IMG/VR virus record: IMGVR_UViG_3300032288_003288
DNA: 64,000 bases
Strand: one strand, 5' to 3'
From: a virus
Shown piece after piece: positions 36,658 to 45,156 of the stretch. Every line of letters begins with the position of its first letter. The first letter of the stretch is position 1. Below the pieces are notes generated by a model, which did not search any database, was not told the DNA's origin, and saw only the letters and a list, made by a program, of their open reading frames with translations. A program made the position numbers and the translations under genes.

Positions 36658-37268
36658 TAACTAATCCAGTTCTTGAATGTGGCGATGAACATCTCTGAGA
36701 TACCGATGCCCTTACGAACGTCATGATACAACTCGTCTTTATGAGCTTTGCTCATGCCGCTCGGAGCCATCTTATGAAACTCTTCTCTATTTCCTGCTGC
36801 AGCGTGTCTACGCATCGCAGTGCCAGAGGCTGCAGCTAGACCTTCGCCGCCTTCTGATCTCTCGGCCCCGACTGACTTGACTTTGATACTCTTGAAGTTG
36901 TATCCGCCATGTCTACCTTCTTTGCCGTTGTACTTGTGTAGAAGATCATGGAATTCCTTGACACGATCTGAACCGACATGCATAGTCACGTGAGTGTAAC
37001 CGGCTTTGTGTAGCTTAGACATCTGAGCCAGCAGAGTAGGATGATCTTTACCCATGGCCTCTACGTTGGCACCAGGAACTGCACGCTTGAGATGTTTGAC
37101 CTTCTGTTGCGGAGTCAGAGGATTCTTCTTGGCATCGTGTGAGCCAGTCGTCAGGATCTTGTGATCTGCGCCTTCCTTCTTAGCAGCATCCATAACTTGC
37201 TTGACTACCATAGCATGTCCAGCGTGGACTGGATTGAATCTGCCTTGAGTTATATGGATGGCTTTCAT
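36657..37268 (-). CDS. HxGH nucleotidyltransferase (T4-like cytidyltransferase family)
   Basis: GRFNPVHAGH, KNPL, VGSDRV.EF, SGTAMR. Confidence 0.88.
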   Translation of the reverse strand: MKAIHITQGRFNPVHAGHAMVVKQVMDAAKKEGADHKILTTGSHDAKKNPLTPQQKVKHLKRAVPGANVEAMGKDHPTLLAQMSKLHKAGYTHVTMHVGSDRVKEFHDLLHKYNGKEGRHGGYNFKSIKVKSVGAERSEGGEGLAAASGTAMRRHAAAGNREEFHKMAPSGMSKAHKDELYHDVRKGIGISEMFIATFKNWIS

Positions 37269-38413
37269 TTCTTTGTTACTCTTGATGCTCTGAGCATTTC
37301 GCTGCGGGCTCTGTTGGCTTTCGAGAAACCTTCGCGATCAACGATCTTGATCGGGCTAGTTCCTCCTGCCACGTAGCCTTCGCCGCCTGCCTTGTTACCG
37401 CCAATATGAGTTTCAAATCCTCCGGCTCCATGACTGTCCAACGCACGAGCCAGATGATTGGTGGCTTGCTGTACGTGATGATGGATCTGCAGAGATCTGT
37501 TGAATGCCGATGCATTCTTCTTGACATGCTGTAGAGCAGCTTCTTTGGTCGCGCGCTTCTCATCTTTCGCTTTCTGTGTCTTGACAGAATCAATCTTCTT
37601 GTCATGATGTGCAGCCAACCATGTCGCATAGCCGCGTGTTGAAGGCTTCTCTCCTGAAGAGACGGTCGAGTTGATGTACGTTCTCATGGTAATCTCATGA
37701 CCAGCGAGGTGCTGATACGAGTGGCCTTTCATGAGTTTAGTGGCAGCTCTGAGATGCTGATCTACTAGCTTCTTATGTTCAGGCGCAATGTTTCTTTCAG
37801 CGCCGCTGACGACGTGCGATACTCTATGTACGTCTGGATGTTCACCGAACTCTGAGTCGTCTGTGATAGGATGAGGCTTCTTGTCTTTGCCCTTCAATTC
37901 AGTATGAATGACGGTGCTGACCTTAGACTTGGCAAGCTTCTTACCTTCTGCAGAGTTGGCAGGAGTCTTGTACTCGATCGTGTTTGGAGTATGAGATATC
38001 TGGCCGTCTTTGGTCTCGCGAGTCTCAGGAGTCGACATGAACCCACCTTGATACTCGCCAGCTCTGTTAGGCAGCACTTTGCTTAGATGCTTATGTAGAG
38101 CTTTTAGCGGACCAGCAAGATATGGCTTATGGCCGTGTTGCTTGTCGATATCCTTTTCAGAGAAGTTATATGTGGCGCCTGGGCCTTTGTACTTCACTCC
38201 GACCTTGCCATCGGCAGTGCGAATGGCCTGATACGACATCTTGTCGTCGATCTTGCGAGTGATAGGTGCAGCTCCACGCAATGAAGCACGTAGCGTACGA
38301 ACTGCATGCGCAGTAGCCTTAGGTCCATCAAACGTTCTGTCTGATGGATGCTCGAGATGTTGAATACCTGCTGCAGCAGTTGCTTCTGTTAGATAGTCTA
38401 AGAACGTCTTCAT
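37265..38413 (-). CDS. Conserved T4-like protein (DUF6267-like), possible ligase-like fold
   Basis: MKTFLDYLTE, HLEHP, KIDD, YQGGFM, TPNTI.Y, EGYV, KIVDR..FS.AN. Confidence 0.75.
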   Translation of the reverse strand: MKTFLDYLTEATAAAGIQHLEHPSDRTFDGPKATAHAVRTLRASLRGAAPITRKIDDKMSYQAIRTADGKVGVKYKGPGATYNFSEKDIDKQHGHKPYLAGPLKALHKHLSKVLPNRAGEYQGGFMSTPETRETKDGQISHTPNTIEYKTPANSAEGKKLAKSKVSTVIHTELKGKDKKPHPITDDSEFGEHPDVHRVSHVVSGAERNIAPEHKKLVDQHLRAATKLMKGHSYQHLAGHEITMRTYINSTVSSGEKPSTRGYATWLAAHHDKKIDSVKTQKAKDEKRATKEAALQHVKKNASAFNRSLQIHHHVQQATNHLARALDSHGAGGFETHIGGNKAGGEGYVAGGTSPIKIVDREGFSKANRARSEMLRASRVTKK

Positions 38414-38438
38414 TATTTTTCCTTCAGTCTCGGACTAT

Positions 38439-39428
38439 TTATTTCTTTCTGCGAGTCGGAAACTGGTTAAACATCTTCTGATACTTCGAGAAGTTGAGGA
38501 TCATCTTGGTGTTCCAGATCTGCTCATCTCCGTCGTCTGTGGTGACGTGAAGAGTGGCATTGGTCCAGATATTGCCAGTCATCTTGGCATCGATCACGGG
38601 CTTACCGATCTTCTCGATCATCTTCTGCATGAAGTTGCGGTATGCATCTTCTGCACCCTGAACATTCATCTTGATGTAGCGATCGATCATCTCTTGATTA
38701 GGAACACGAATATCGCCTTCACCTGGCCTAGACATGGTATTCTTTGCCTTGGTGATGGAGCGATACAGCGAGCGCTTCTGCTCCACCATCTTATATTCAT
38801 TATAGCTCTTGGTCCTAGGTACTGCCTTATCGAGATCCCAGTCATGCTTCTTGAGGAAGTCGAGACGATCTTCAATAAACTTGGTTGCTTGCTTGCGAGC
38901 CATCTCTTTGTACTCGTTCAGGTGGCTTTCGAAGATCTTGATCAGCGAAGAAGAATCTGCAAACTTACGAGCCATAACTGCATTCGAAGCAGCCTTGACT
39001 TCAGCACGCTTCTGACTCACTTTTACGACCTTGCTCTTTAGAGCTTTGAGGTCTTCACCGACCGGCTTCCATGCCTTGATATATTCACGAACATCTTTAA
39101 GCATGTTAGAGTATGCAGGTACCTTCTTCTTTTCCAACTTACCGAGCAGCTTCTCGATCTTATTATGACTGGTGAATCCGTCGAAGTTGGTATAGTAGAG
39201 CTCAGTAAGATCTTCGTCATCGCGGTGGTTACGAACCAGATCGAGAATAGAGTCTGGCTTAGCAGACCACTTACCGCTACCCATGACTCGCTTAGCTTGA
39301 CTGACGAGGTCGATGTACTGAGGGTTCAGGATCTCGCCAGCCTTCTTATAGGCAGCGATAGCCCTGACAATCTCTTCATGAGTCGTCATGCGAGTCGACT
39401 CAGTGATGTATTGATTAAACGTCTTCAT
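38439..39428 (-). CDS. Putative internal virion protein
   Basis: MKTFNQYITE N-terminus with GAGGA RBS. Confidence 0.75.
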   Translation of the reverse strand: MKTFNQYITESTRMTTHEEIVRAIAAYKKAGEILNPQYIDLVSQAKRVMGSGKWSAKPDSILDLVRNHRDDEDLTELYYTNFDGFTSHNKIEKLLGKLEKKKVPAYSNMLKDVREYIKAWKPVGEDLKALKSKVVKVSQKRAEVKAASNAVMARKFADSSSLIKIFESHLNEYKEMARKQATKFIEDRLDFLKKHDWDLDKAVPRTKSYNEYKMVEQKRSLYRSITKAKNTMSRPGEGDIRVPNQEMIDRYIKMNVQGAEDAYRNFMQKMIEKIGKPVIDAKMTGNIWTNATLHVTTDDGDEQIWNTKMILNFSKYQKMFNQFPTRRKK

Positions 39429-40030
39429 CGTATCCTCTTGATAGAACCGTCGCTGTTGACGAACCACGCCTCAAAGGTTACATTTGGATATTCTTTCTGA
39501 AGATCCAGAAATGCCCTAAGATTGCTCATGGCATCGTCGTAGAGTCGTGTTTTTGTATAGTTTTTTGTATTTAGGTATCTACGAAAAACTACTTTCTTTG
39601 CTTCAGCAGAAGAATCTATGTTCAAATTGCCTGAACGCTCAACGTGCATCTGATCGATAGGAAGACCGTGGTCACGGAACGTCTGAAGGAACATCTTCTT
39701 GTCGTCAAAATCTGATCGAGCCGTTACGATGATCGCTCGACTGTGTGGGTTCTTCTTTGCCTTGACGATTGCCTTAGCCTTTTCAATCATTCTCACTACT
39801 GGCGTAGAAGTCTTACGAAACACCTCTGCCGACTTGAACTCGCGAAAGTCGTATTCCTCACCAGGCTTGCGTTGATATGTGTTGAACTCTTGGTTGTCTA
39901 GCATTCGAACGACTTTGCCGTCCTTGACAACAGCAACCTTTGCCTTGGTATGGAACAGCGTCTCATCGATATCGAATATCGTGAGAGTCCCTTTGCCTAC
40001 AAATTCTTTGAATCGATTAACCTTTACCAT
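39425..40030 (-). CDS. HAD-superfamily phosphatase (polynucleotide-phosphatase-like)
   Basis: IFDIDETL, IVTAR, K, LYDD..SNL. Confidence 0.85.
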   Translation of the reverse strand: MVKVNRFKEFVGKGTLTIFDIDETLFHTKAKVAVVKDGKVVRMLDNQEFNTYQRKPGEEYDFREFKSAEVFRKTSTPVVRMIEKAKAIVKAKKNPHSRAIIVTARSDFDDKKMFLQTFRDHGLPIDQMHVERSGNLNIDSSAEAKKVVFRRYLNTKNYTKTRLYDDAMSNLRAFLDLQKEYPNVTFEAWFVNSDGSIKRIR

Positions 40031-40036
40031 TATAGT

Positions 40037-40065
40037 ATTCTACCAAAGTTTTGAAAAAATGTACA
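40037..40065 (-). promoter_or_regulatory. Phage early-type promoter
   Basis: TGTACA-N17-TAGAAT-ACTATA-ATG. Confidence 0.75.
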
Positions 40066-40074
40066 TAGCCTATT

Positions 40075-40896
40075 TTAGACACTACCCCTAGTTTCTATAC
40101 GAAAGGCCACGCTAGATATGCCTCCCCTGGACTTGGCCCGGAGATCCATCTTGACCTTGGATCTGATCTTGGTGACATAGGAATCATCGATCATATAGAA
40201 GCCTGAAGGCGAGATAATAGAGTCTGCGGCAGCTCCCTTGTATCTGGTCAGAGTCTTCTTCCCCGTCATAGCCTCATAGATCAGAGCATCCATAAAATTG
40301 GTATTTTTCTGAGCAAAGTCAAGGATGGCGTTGACCAGAGCTGGCTTATTATTCTTCAGCCAGAGGTCGTAGCTACGGTCTTGAACTACCTTGCCGTTAC
40401 TGATAAACTCGTCGATCAGCTTCTTGTTTCCTGAAGCTTGGATTCTGCCGATATTTTTAGATGAGAGCAGCCGAGTAGGCATAGTTTTGAGTTCATCGAT
40501 GATCGACAGCAAGACTTTCTTGGCATTCTGATCTGTGAGTGAACCAGCTGCAGCTTCAAACAACTCGGCCGTGCTGGCTCCTTGACCAGATGCCAACTGA
40601 ATACCACCCGCCATCTTTACAGATACAAAGTATTTTTTTGAAGAAGTGATCAGAACGATGTCAGTTTTTGGTTCAGGTTTGGCATAGATCGATCCTACAC
40701 CCGGAATGTTTTCATCAGAGTGCCATGCCTCAATATTTTCACCTAGTTTCTTGATAATGTGCTCTACACATTTTTCGGCTTGATTGAGAATCTTGCTCGA
40801 ATATGTCTTCTTAGCTTGAACTGGTGTCGTAGCGTTTCTCGCTCTAATAGACTCAACTATCGCCCATTCTAGGTCGACGCCTTCTGATGCTGCCAT
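40075..40896 (-). CDS. Restriction-endonuclease-like PD-(D/E)XK protein
   Basis: PKTDIV...VSVK..GG.QLASG, EAMTG. Confidence 0.65.
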   Translation of the reverse strand: MAASEGVDLEWAIVESIRARNATTPVQAKKTYSSKILNQAEKCVEHIIKKLGENIEAWHSDENIPGVGSIYAKPEPKTDIVLITSSKKYFVSVKMAGGIQLASGQGASTAELFEAAAGSLTDQNAKKVLLSIIDELKTMPTRLLSSKNIGRIQASGNKKLIDEFISNGKVVQDRSYDLWLKNNKPALVNAILDFAQKNTNFMDALIYEAMTGKKTLTRYKGAAADSIISPSGFYMIDDSYVTKIRSKVKMDLRAKSRGGISSVAFRIETRGSV

Positions 40897-40915
40897 TGAA
40901 TAAACTCCTTCGTCT

Positions 40916-40923
40916 TATTTATA
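40916..40923 (-). promoter_or_regulatory. T4-type late promoter
   Basis: TATAAATA. Confidence 0.8.
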
Positions 40924-40926
40924 GAC

Positions 40927-40962
40927 AAAAGAAAACCGGCCCGCACATCGCTGTGGGGCCGG
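40927..40962 (-). terminator. Rho-independent terminator
   Basis: CCGGCC...GGCCGG stem followed by TTTTCTTTT on the minus strand. Confidence 0.75.
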
Positions 40963-40991
40963 CTGTGTTAATCTAATACCTATAGATCAGA

Positions 40992-41126
40992 TTATTTTCC
41001 TGTACCGGGCACTCGTGGTGCATCAGGCGAATCTTTATCTTTAACAATCTTATTTTCTACAAGACCGCGCTGAACTAACGCTTTCTGTTGATTAGAAATG
41101 AATTTTGAGTAACGGTCAGTTGACAT
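40992..41126 (-). CDS. 44-aa late protein
   Basis: MSTDRYSKFISNQQ...PGTGK; own late promoter, GAGGA RBS and terminator. Confidence 0.7.
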   Translation of the reverse strand: MSTDRYSKFISNQQKALVQRGLVENKIVKDKDSPDAPRVPGTGK

Positions 41127-41163
41127 TTTATTTTCCTCGAATAAGGACAGATATTATCTACAG

Positions 41164-41171
41164 TATTTATA
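41164..41171 (-). promoter_or_regulatory. T4-type late promoter
   Basis: TATAAATA. Confidence 0.8.
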
Positions 41172-41174
41172 AAA

Positions 41175-41726
41175 CTACAAAATCCAGTCTGGAGGATTGC
41201 GATTCTTCCAACTGTGCATTCGTGCTTTGCCGTACTTGTAGTAGTTTCGATAGTTGGTGATGGGATCTTGACTGACGATGTATTGAACATCCATGCAACT
41301 AGGCATGCGAGTCATGTCCCATTCCTTGAGACCGAATGGAGGAGACTGGATCTGATAGCCTAGCTTGGTTATGGTCGCGTGAACTTTTCCATAACGAAAA
41401 GTATACTCATCCCCAAGAGCAAAAAGATGATCAACCAGCCAATTATAGTTGCTAACAGATTGACGAGTCCAAATAGCAGAAGGGTGATTAATGTGAGTAG
41501 CACTATAAAGAATATCATTTCTGTCGTCTTTCAGCGTCCAGATTTTCTTACGTCGAGTCTTACCCGTGGGGTGTGTCTGTGCAATAGTCTCGACCATCTC
41601 GCCGTCGAGCAGGCGATGGGCAGTGGACAAGAGTTGCGCAGTCTCGAGAATCATCTTGACTACGTGCTTGTCTACCATCCACTCTGCGCACTGTTTTGGG
41701 GATTCATCGAGATAAAAGATATTAAT
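41175..41726 (-). CDS. Pyrimidine-dimer DNA glycosylase / DenV-like protein
   Basis: NIFYLD..P, DKHVVKMILETAQLLSTAH, THINHPSAIW, EYTFRYGK.H, YRNYY; probable ATT start. Confidence 0.88.
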   Translation of the reverse strand: MNIFYLDESPKQCAEWMVDKHVVKMILETAQLLSTAHRLLDGEMVETIAQTHPTGKTRRKKIWTLKDDRNDILYSATHINHPSAIWTRQSVSNYNWLVDHLFALGDEYTFRYGKVHATITKLGYQIQSPPFGLKEWDMTRMPSCMDVQYIVSQDPITNYRNYYKYGKARMHSWKNRNPPDWIL

Positions 41727-41727
41727 T

Positions 41728-41853
41728 TTATGTCTCCGGATCATCGAGCATCTCGTCACGCTCTTCGTCTGTCGTGTCGTTGGTAATTAGACTATACGCC
41801 AAGAGAGCTAAAATTGACATGATAAAACCGAATAAAATTATTTCACTTGTCAT
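41728..41853 (-). CDS. Small single-TM protein (41 aa)
   Basis: MTSEIILFGFIMSILALLAYSLI + acidic tail. Confidence 0.5.
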   Translation of the reverse strand: MTSEIILFGFIMSILALLAYSLITNDTTDEERDEMLDDPET

Positions 41854-42118
41854 AGTCGACCACATTCACAAACTTGAATTTCTGCTGACGATCCCAATCC
41901 TTGAGATAGTCGTTGTCTTCATCGAACTGACGAATGTACTCGTCGTCTGTGATCTCTCGAACAGACGTGATGACCTCATCTAGGTGCTTCTGAGAAAACT
42001 CTGCCAGATTTCCGTCATGGTTCATAACGACTTCATCGGTAGCATGAACTGGATCCTTGGCTTCGATGACGTATCGCATGCGAAACATCGATATAGCTTC
42101 TACGAGATACTTAGCCAT
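41843..42118 (-). CDS. Hypothetical protein
   Basis: SMFRMRYV, EFSQKHL.E, FDEDNDYL. Confidence 0.75.
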   Translation of the reverse strand: MAKYLVEAISMFRMRYVIEAKDPVHATDEVVMNHDGNLAEFSQKHLDEVITSVREITDDEYIRQFDEDNDYLKDWDRQQKFKFVNVVDYDK

Positions 42119-42356
42119 CTTTCTTTCTCCACTTAAACCCGAACACTAGTTCATGCATCTTACGATGAAGCCAATTAGGCTCCTTACCTTCGTCTGGCGT
42201 AAAGAAGACATTGCCGATCAATTCAACCGTCCATGCAGACTTCTTAGGCATACTAAATGTGTATGATCCTATAGAAGCTGAGAAACTTTCCGCATCAGTC
42301 CCAGAGACTTTCGTAGTATTTAGCGAAGAGTCGAAGTCCGTTTTGCTTTCGTTCAT
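42111..42356 (-). CDS. Hypothetical protein
   Basis: PNWLHRKM..LVFGFKW; start MNESK. Confidence 0.6.
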   Translation of the reverse strand: MNESKTDFDSSLNTTKVSGTDAESFSASIGSYTFSMPKKSAWTVELIGNVFFTPDEGKEPNWLHRKMHELVFGFKWRKKDG

Positions 42357-42984
42357 GGTGCTTCTTCTTTCCTTCATGATCAACCCAATACGGCGGCTTA
42401 GATCCATCTTTTTGATGATTGAAACTGATGCTGTTCAGTCCCTTACGATCCTCTATAGGTGTAGAGATCATCTCGAGCTGGTCGATATTGTGATGGAACT
42501 GCGCATCGTCGTCTTGCAAAGCATATTGGTCGAATGCCCAGATCATCTCGTTTAGGACATATTCCCACTTGGCTTCGCCTTTGGCATCGTCTTCGTGCGT
42601 CCAAGTGTCTGGAGTCTTACCGATTACACAAAGCTCTTCAGGAACATCTTCGTTGTCGACGAACGGAACGCCGTTCTTGATCTCCTTTAGCTTCTTCAGC
42701 AGAGGAGCGATGACGATGCCTAGAGTATGATCCATAGACCACACATCGTATCCGTCGATGTGAACCTTTACACGTCGCTTGCGGCTGTTAGACCAACGAT
42801 TGATAGGACGAAACAGAGTAGATAGACCAGAGAATATTCCATATACTACCTTATCATACCAAGTGTAGTCGTCTTCATTAAAACAGTAGTTGTCTGTCTG
42901 CGCCATGCGCATATAATCGTAGCGCCGTTCCCAACTGTAGACTGGAATCAAGTCGCTACGATATGGCCCGATATTGATACGCAT
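42295..42984 (-). CDS. Conserved phage hypothetical protein
   Basis: DVWSMDHTL..I.PLL, W.YVL.EMIWAF, GL.LF.KYY.SLWD. Confidence 0.8.
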   Translation of the reverse strand: MRINIGPYRSDLIPVYSWERRYDYMRMAQTDNYCFNEDDYTWYDKVVYGIFSGLSTLFRPINRWSNSRKRRVKVHIDGYDVWSMDHTLGIVIAPLLKKLKEIKNGVPFVDNEDVPEELCVIGKTPDTWTHEDDAKGEAKWEYVLNEMIWAFDQYALQDDDAQFHHNIDQLEMISTPIEDRKGLNSISFNHQKDGSKPPYWVDHEGKKKHHERKQNGLRLFAKYYESLWD

Positions 42985-43229
42985 TATTCGTAGATCTTCT
43001 TCAACTGTTCAGGAGTCGCGAACCAATTGAGCAGTGCATCTGTAGCAGCAACGTGACGCTGCAGCTCGGCCTTGTCGTACTCTTCGTCTGCCCAATCAAA
43101 GATAGCCGGGCGACCGCCATTCTTGATCGACTCAATGTCTTTGAGCCAATTTTCACGACACGCCGCCAACTGATCGACCACAATCTGATCGATCATCTCA
43201 TCATTAAGTTCAATAGTATACTTGTTCAT
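42984..43229 (-). CDS. Hypothetical protein
   Basis: Coupled ORF. Confidence 0.65.
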   Translation of the reverse strand: MNKYTIELNDEMIDQIVVDQLAACRENWLKDIESIKNGGRPAIFDWADEEYDKAELQRHVAATDALLNWFATPEQLKKIYE

Positions 43230-43393
43230 CGCTGAGATTCCTTATACTCATTATAACGCTCGGCGATGTCTATCCACCGCCGCATTGCCTGATCACCTTC
43301 GCCGCGCTTGTTCGTAGCTCTATAAAGACTAGCACCATTATAGGCGATAGCGTACAACTCCACAGCATCACGTATAATATCTTTGCTCATCAT
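43226..43393 (-). CDS. Small hypothetical protein (55 aa)
   Basis: MMSKDIIRDAVELYAIAY...KESQR; ATGA overlaps on both sides. Confidence 0.55.
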   Translation of the reverse strand: MMSKDIIRDAVELYAIAYNGASLYRATNKRGEGDQAMRRWIDIAERYNEYKESQR

Positions 43394-43776
43394 ACTACCT
43401 TCTTATAACGATTGACTGTGCCGTCGGGTTCTACTACCATCAATTCATCTTGATACGAAGCCATGACTCGATACTCGTCTTCGGCAATGACTCGATCATG
43501 ATCGCGAAGAGCACGCATCACAGCATTGGCTATGCCATACTTATTACGATTCGTGTCGATAGCTTCCTGTACGGCCTGCGCACACTTCTTATAGACCTCG
43601 TCGGGGATAGACCAAGACATGTCTAGCGCGTCTTCAAACTGACCTACGCGGCGCAGATATGCCTGACCACCATCGACTGAGATGGCACCACACTGACAAG
43701 TTACAAAGTCATGACGATGCTTGGAGACGATGAAGTCGTGGCACTTCTTACAGACTGCTGCGTTCTGTACAATCAT
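43390..43776 (-). CDS. Zinc-finger hypothetical protein
   Basis: CKKC.D.I.S.HRHDFVTC.CG.ISVDGG..YLRR. Confidence 0.8.
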   Translation of the reverse strand: MIVQNAAVCKKCHDFIVSKHRHDFVTCQCGAISVDGGQAYLRRVGQFEDALDMSWSIPDEVYKKCAQAVQEAIDTNRNKYGIANAVMRALRDHDRVIAEDEYRVMASYQDELMVVEPDGTVNRYKKVV

Positions 43777-43958
43777 ATGAATTTCCAATCTCTAATGGGA
43801 CTGAAGCTAAGAGTCGTCTGATCGAATGAGTTGTAGACAGCGGCTTCGAAGCCAGACTTCTCGGCCTTTTCCATGGCATCGTACAGGCTGTCGCCCTCGT
43901 AGATGGCGTATCCATGGTTAACCAGATGGGTGACAATCATAGGTTCGTCCTTCTTCAT
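43773..43958 (-). CDS. Hypothetical protein
   Basis: First gene after early promoter; alternative start 43940. Confidence 0.65.
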   Translation of the reverse strand: MKKDEPMIVTHLVNHGYAIYEGDSLYDAMEKAEKSGFEAAVYNSFDQTTLSFSPIRDWKFI

Positions 43959-43967
43959 TATAGGTCT

Positions 43968-43996
43968 ATCCTACCATAGTTTTAGAAATAAGTACA
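43968..43996 (-). promoter_or_regulatory. Phage early-type promoter
   Basis: TGTACT-N17-TAGGAT-AGACCT. Confidence 0.75.
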
Positions 43997-44008
43997 TGCC
44001 TATTTTTT

Positions 44009-44428
44009 CTATGACCTGCGCTTGCCAGTAGAAGGATCTGCAGCGTCTTCTTTAGAGAGTACCACCAGTCCGCCTTTGTTATAGGCCTGACCGACGATGT
44101 AGTTGCTGCTGACCTCGAGTTTGGCCTGCTCGTAAGCAGTGTTTTTGGTATAGTGAACACCGATCTCGTTCTGAGAAGGATATCTTCGACGATGATCGCC
44201 TATCTCGTATTTAGGCATGGGAGTGCCACGAAGCTGAGGCTTGTAGTTGCCTTGACGATACGCCACGTACTCTTCCAGCGTCTTTGGCTTGATGCCGAGT
44301 TTCTTGGCGCGCTTGCAGTCTTCGCGCCAGTCGAAAGCCCACTTTGTGAACTTGCTGTCGCTGACTTTAGATTTGCGATTACCGCGATTGGTTGTGGTCC
44401 AGGCCGGACCAAGGAGATGCATGCTCAT
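44009..44428 (-). CDS. Conserved T4-like hypothetical protein
   Basis: MSMHL, QAYNKGGLVV. Confidence 0.75.
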   Translation of the reverse strand: MSMHLLGPAWTTTNRGNRKSKVSDSKFTKWAFDWREDCKRAKKLGIKPKTLEEYVAYRQGNYKPQLRGTPMPKYEIGDHRRRYPSQNEIGVHYTKNTAYEQAKLEVSSNYIVGQAYNKGGLVVLSKEDAADPSTGKRRS

Positions 44429-44430
44429 GA

Positions 44431-44682
44431 TTACTTCTTCTTGAAACCGCGGAGGAGGCGACCGATGTCTGCGTCATCGAACGAGCCAGTGTTGTACCAG
44501 ACTCGAGCTGCCACGCATTCGATTTCCTCACGGCCGCACGAGACCTCGTTCTTGCAGCCGATGCAAGGGATGTCACGATCGTTTTCGGGGGTGTTAAGAG
44601 GGACTTGAGAAGCTTTGCTCCGGCCGTTGACAAAGGCCGTGTCAGTCCAGATCGAAAAATATTCCATGCTCATGTGATTCAC
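44431..44682 (-). CDS. Cys-containing hypothetical protein
   Basis: PC.GC.....C.....EC. Confidence 0.6.
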   Translation of the reverse strand: MNHMSMEYFSIWTDTAFVNGRSKASQVPLNTPENDRDIPCIGCKNEVSCGREEIECVAARVWYNTGSFDDADIGRLLRGFKKK

Positions 44683-44701
44683 CTTCAGTTGTTATTCTTA
44701 C

Positions 44702-44730
44702 ATCCTACTATAAACTGAAGAATATGTACA
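44702..44730 (-). promoter_or_regulatory. Phage early-type promoter
   Basis: TGTACA-N17-TAGGAT. Confidence 0.7.
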
Positions 44731-44762
44731 TAGCCTATTTTTTCTTTACATTTCAAAGACAT

Positions 44763-44905
44763 AAAAAAATGGGGACGGCCGTAGCCGCCCCCAACGGGTG
44801 TGTAGCAGGAGGAACCCCACCTTTGATCCTGCCTCTTCCAATCGCTTCTGTTAGAAAGCACTTGCCGCTTCATACATCCGTATGAACCACACCACGGACT
44901 GCACC
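44763..44905 (-). ncRNA. Candidate ~140-nt late small structured RNA with own promoter and terminator
   Basis: TATAAATA at 44915-44908; three internal hairpins closed by GTGTGG/CTACAC; terminator GGGGGCGGC-TACG-GCCGTCCCC-ATTTTTTT. Confidence 0.7.
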
Positions 44906-44910
44906 CCTAT

Positions 44911-45156
44911 TTATAACACTTCGTGAGTTTCCGGATAACAATGAATCGTTTTTTGTAAAAAAAATGCTGGAGTCCAGCCGTCGAAGCCTCCTCCGAAGTT
45001 TAGGTGTCGACAAAGATCCTTCGCCTTCTTGTATGGAAGAGCTTCAGCTACGGTGTATCCTGTAGGAAGTTCGAGGATGTCAGCTCCTCGTTCTACGTAT
45101 CTATTAGATTCGTTTCCATAACATTGTCTGTCGTTGATAAGCCTATACTTCATCAT
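44911..45156 (-). CDS. Hypothetical protein
   Basis: LNFGGGFDGWTP.FF. Confidence 0.7.
   Translation of the reverse strand: MMKYRLINDRQCYGNESNRYVERGADILELPTGYTVAEALPYKKAKDLCRHLNFGGGFDGWTPAFFLQKTIHCYPETHEVL

Noticed and set aside
44685-44873. 62-aa minus-strand ORF
   Set aside because: Runs through a strong terminator and an early promoter; region better explained as a structured RNA
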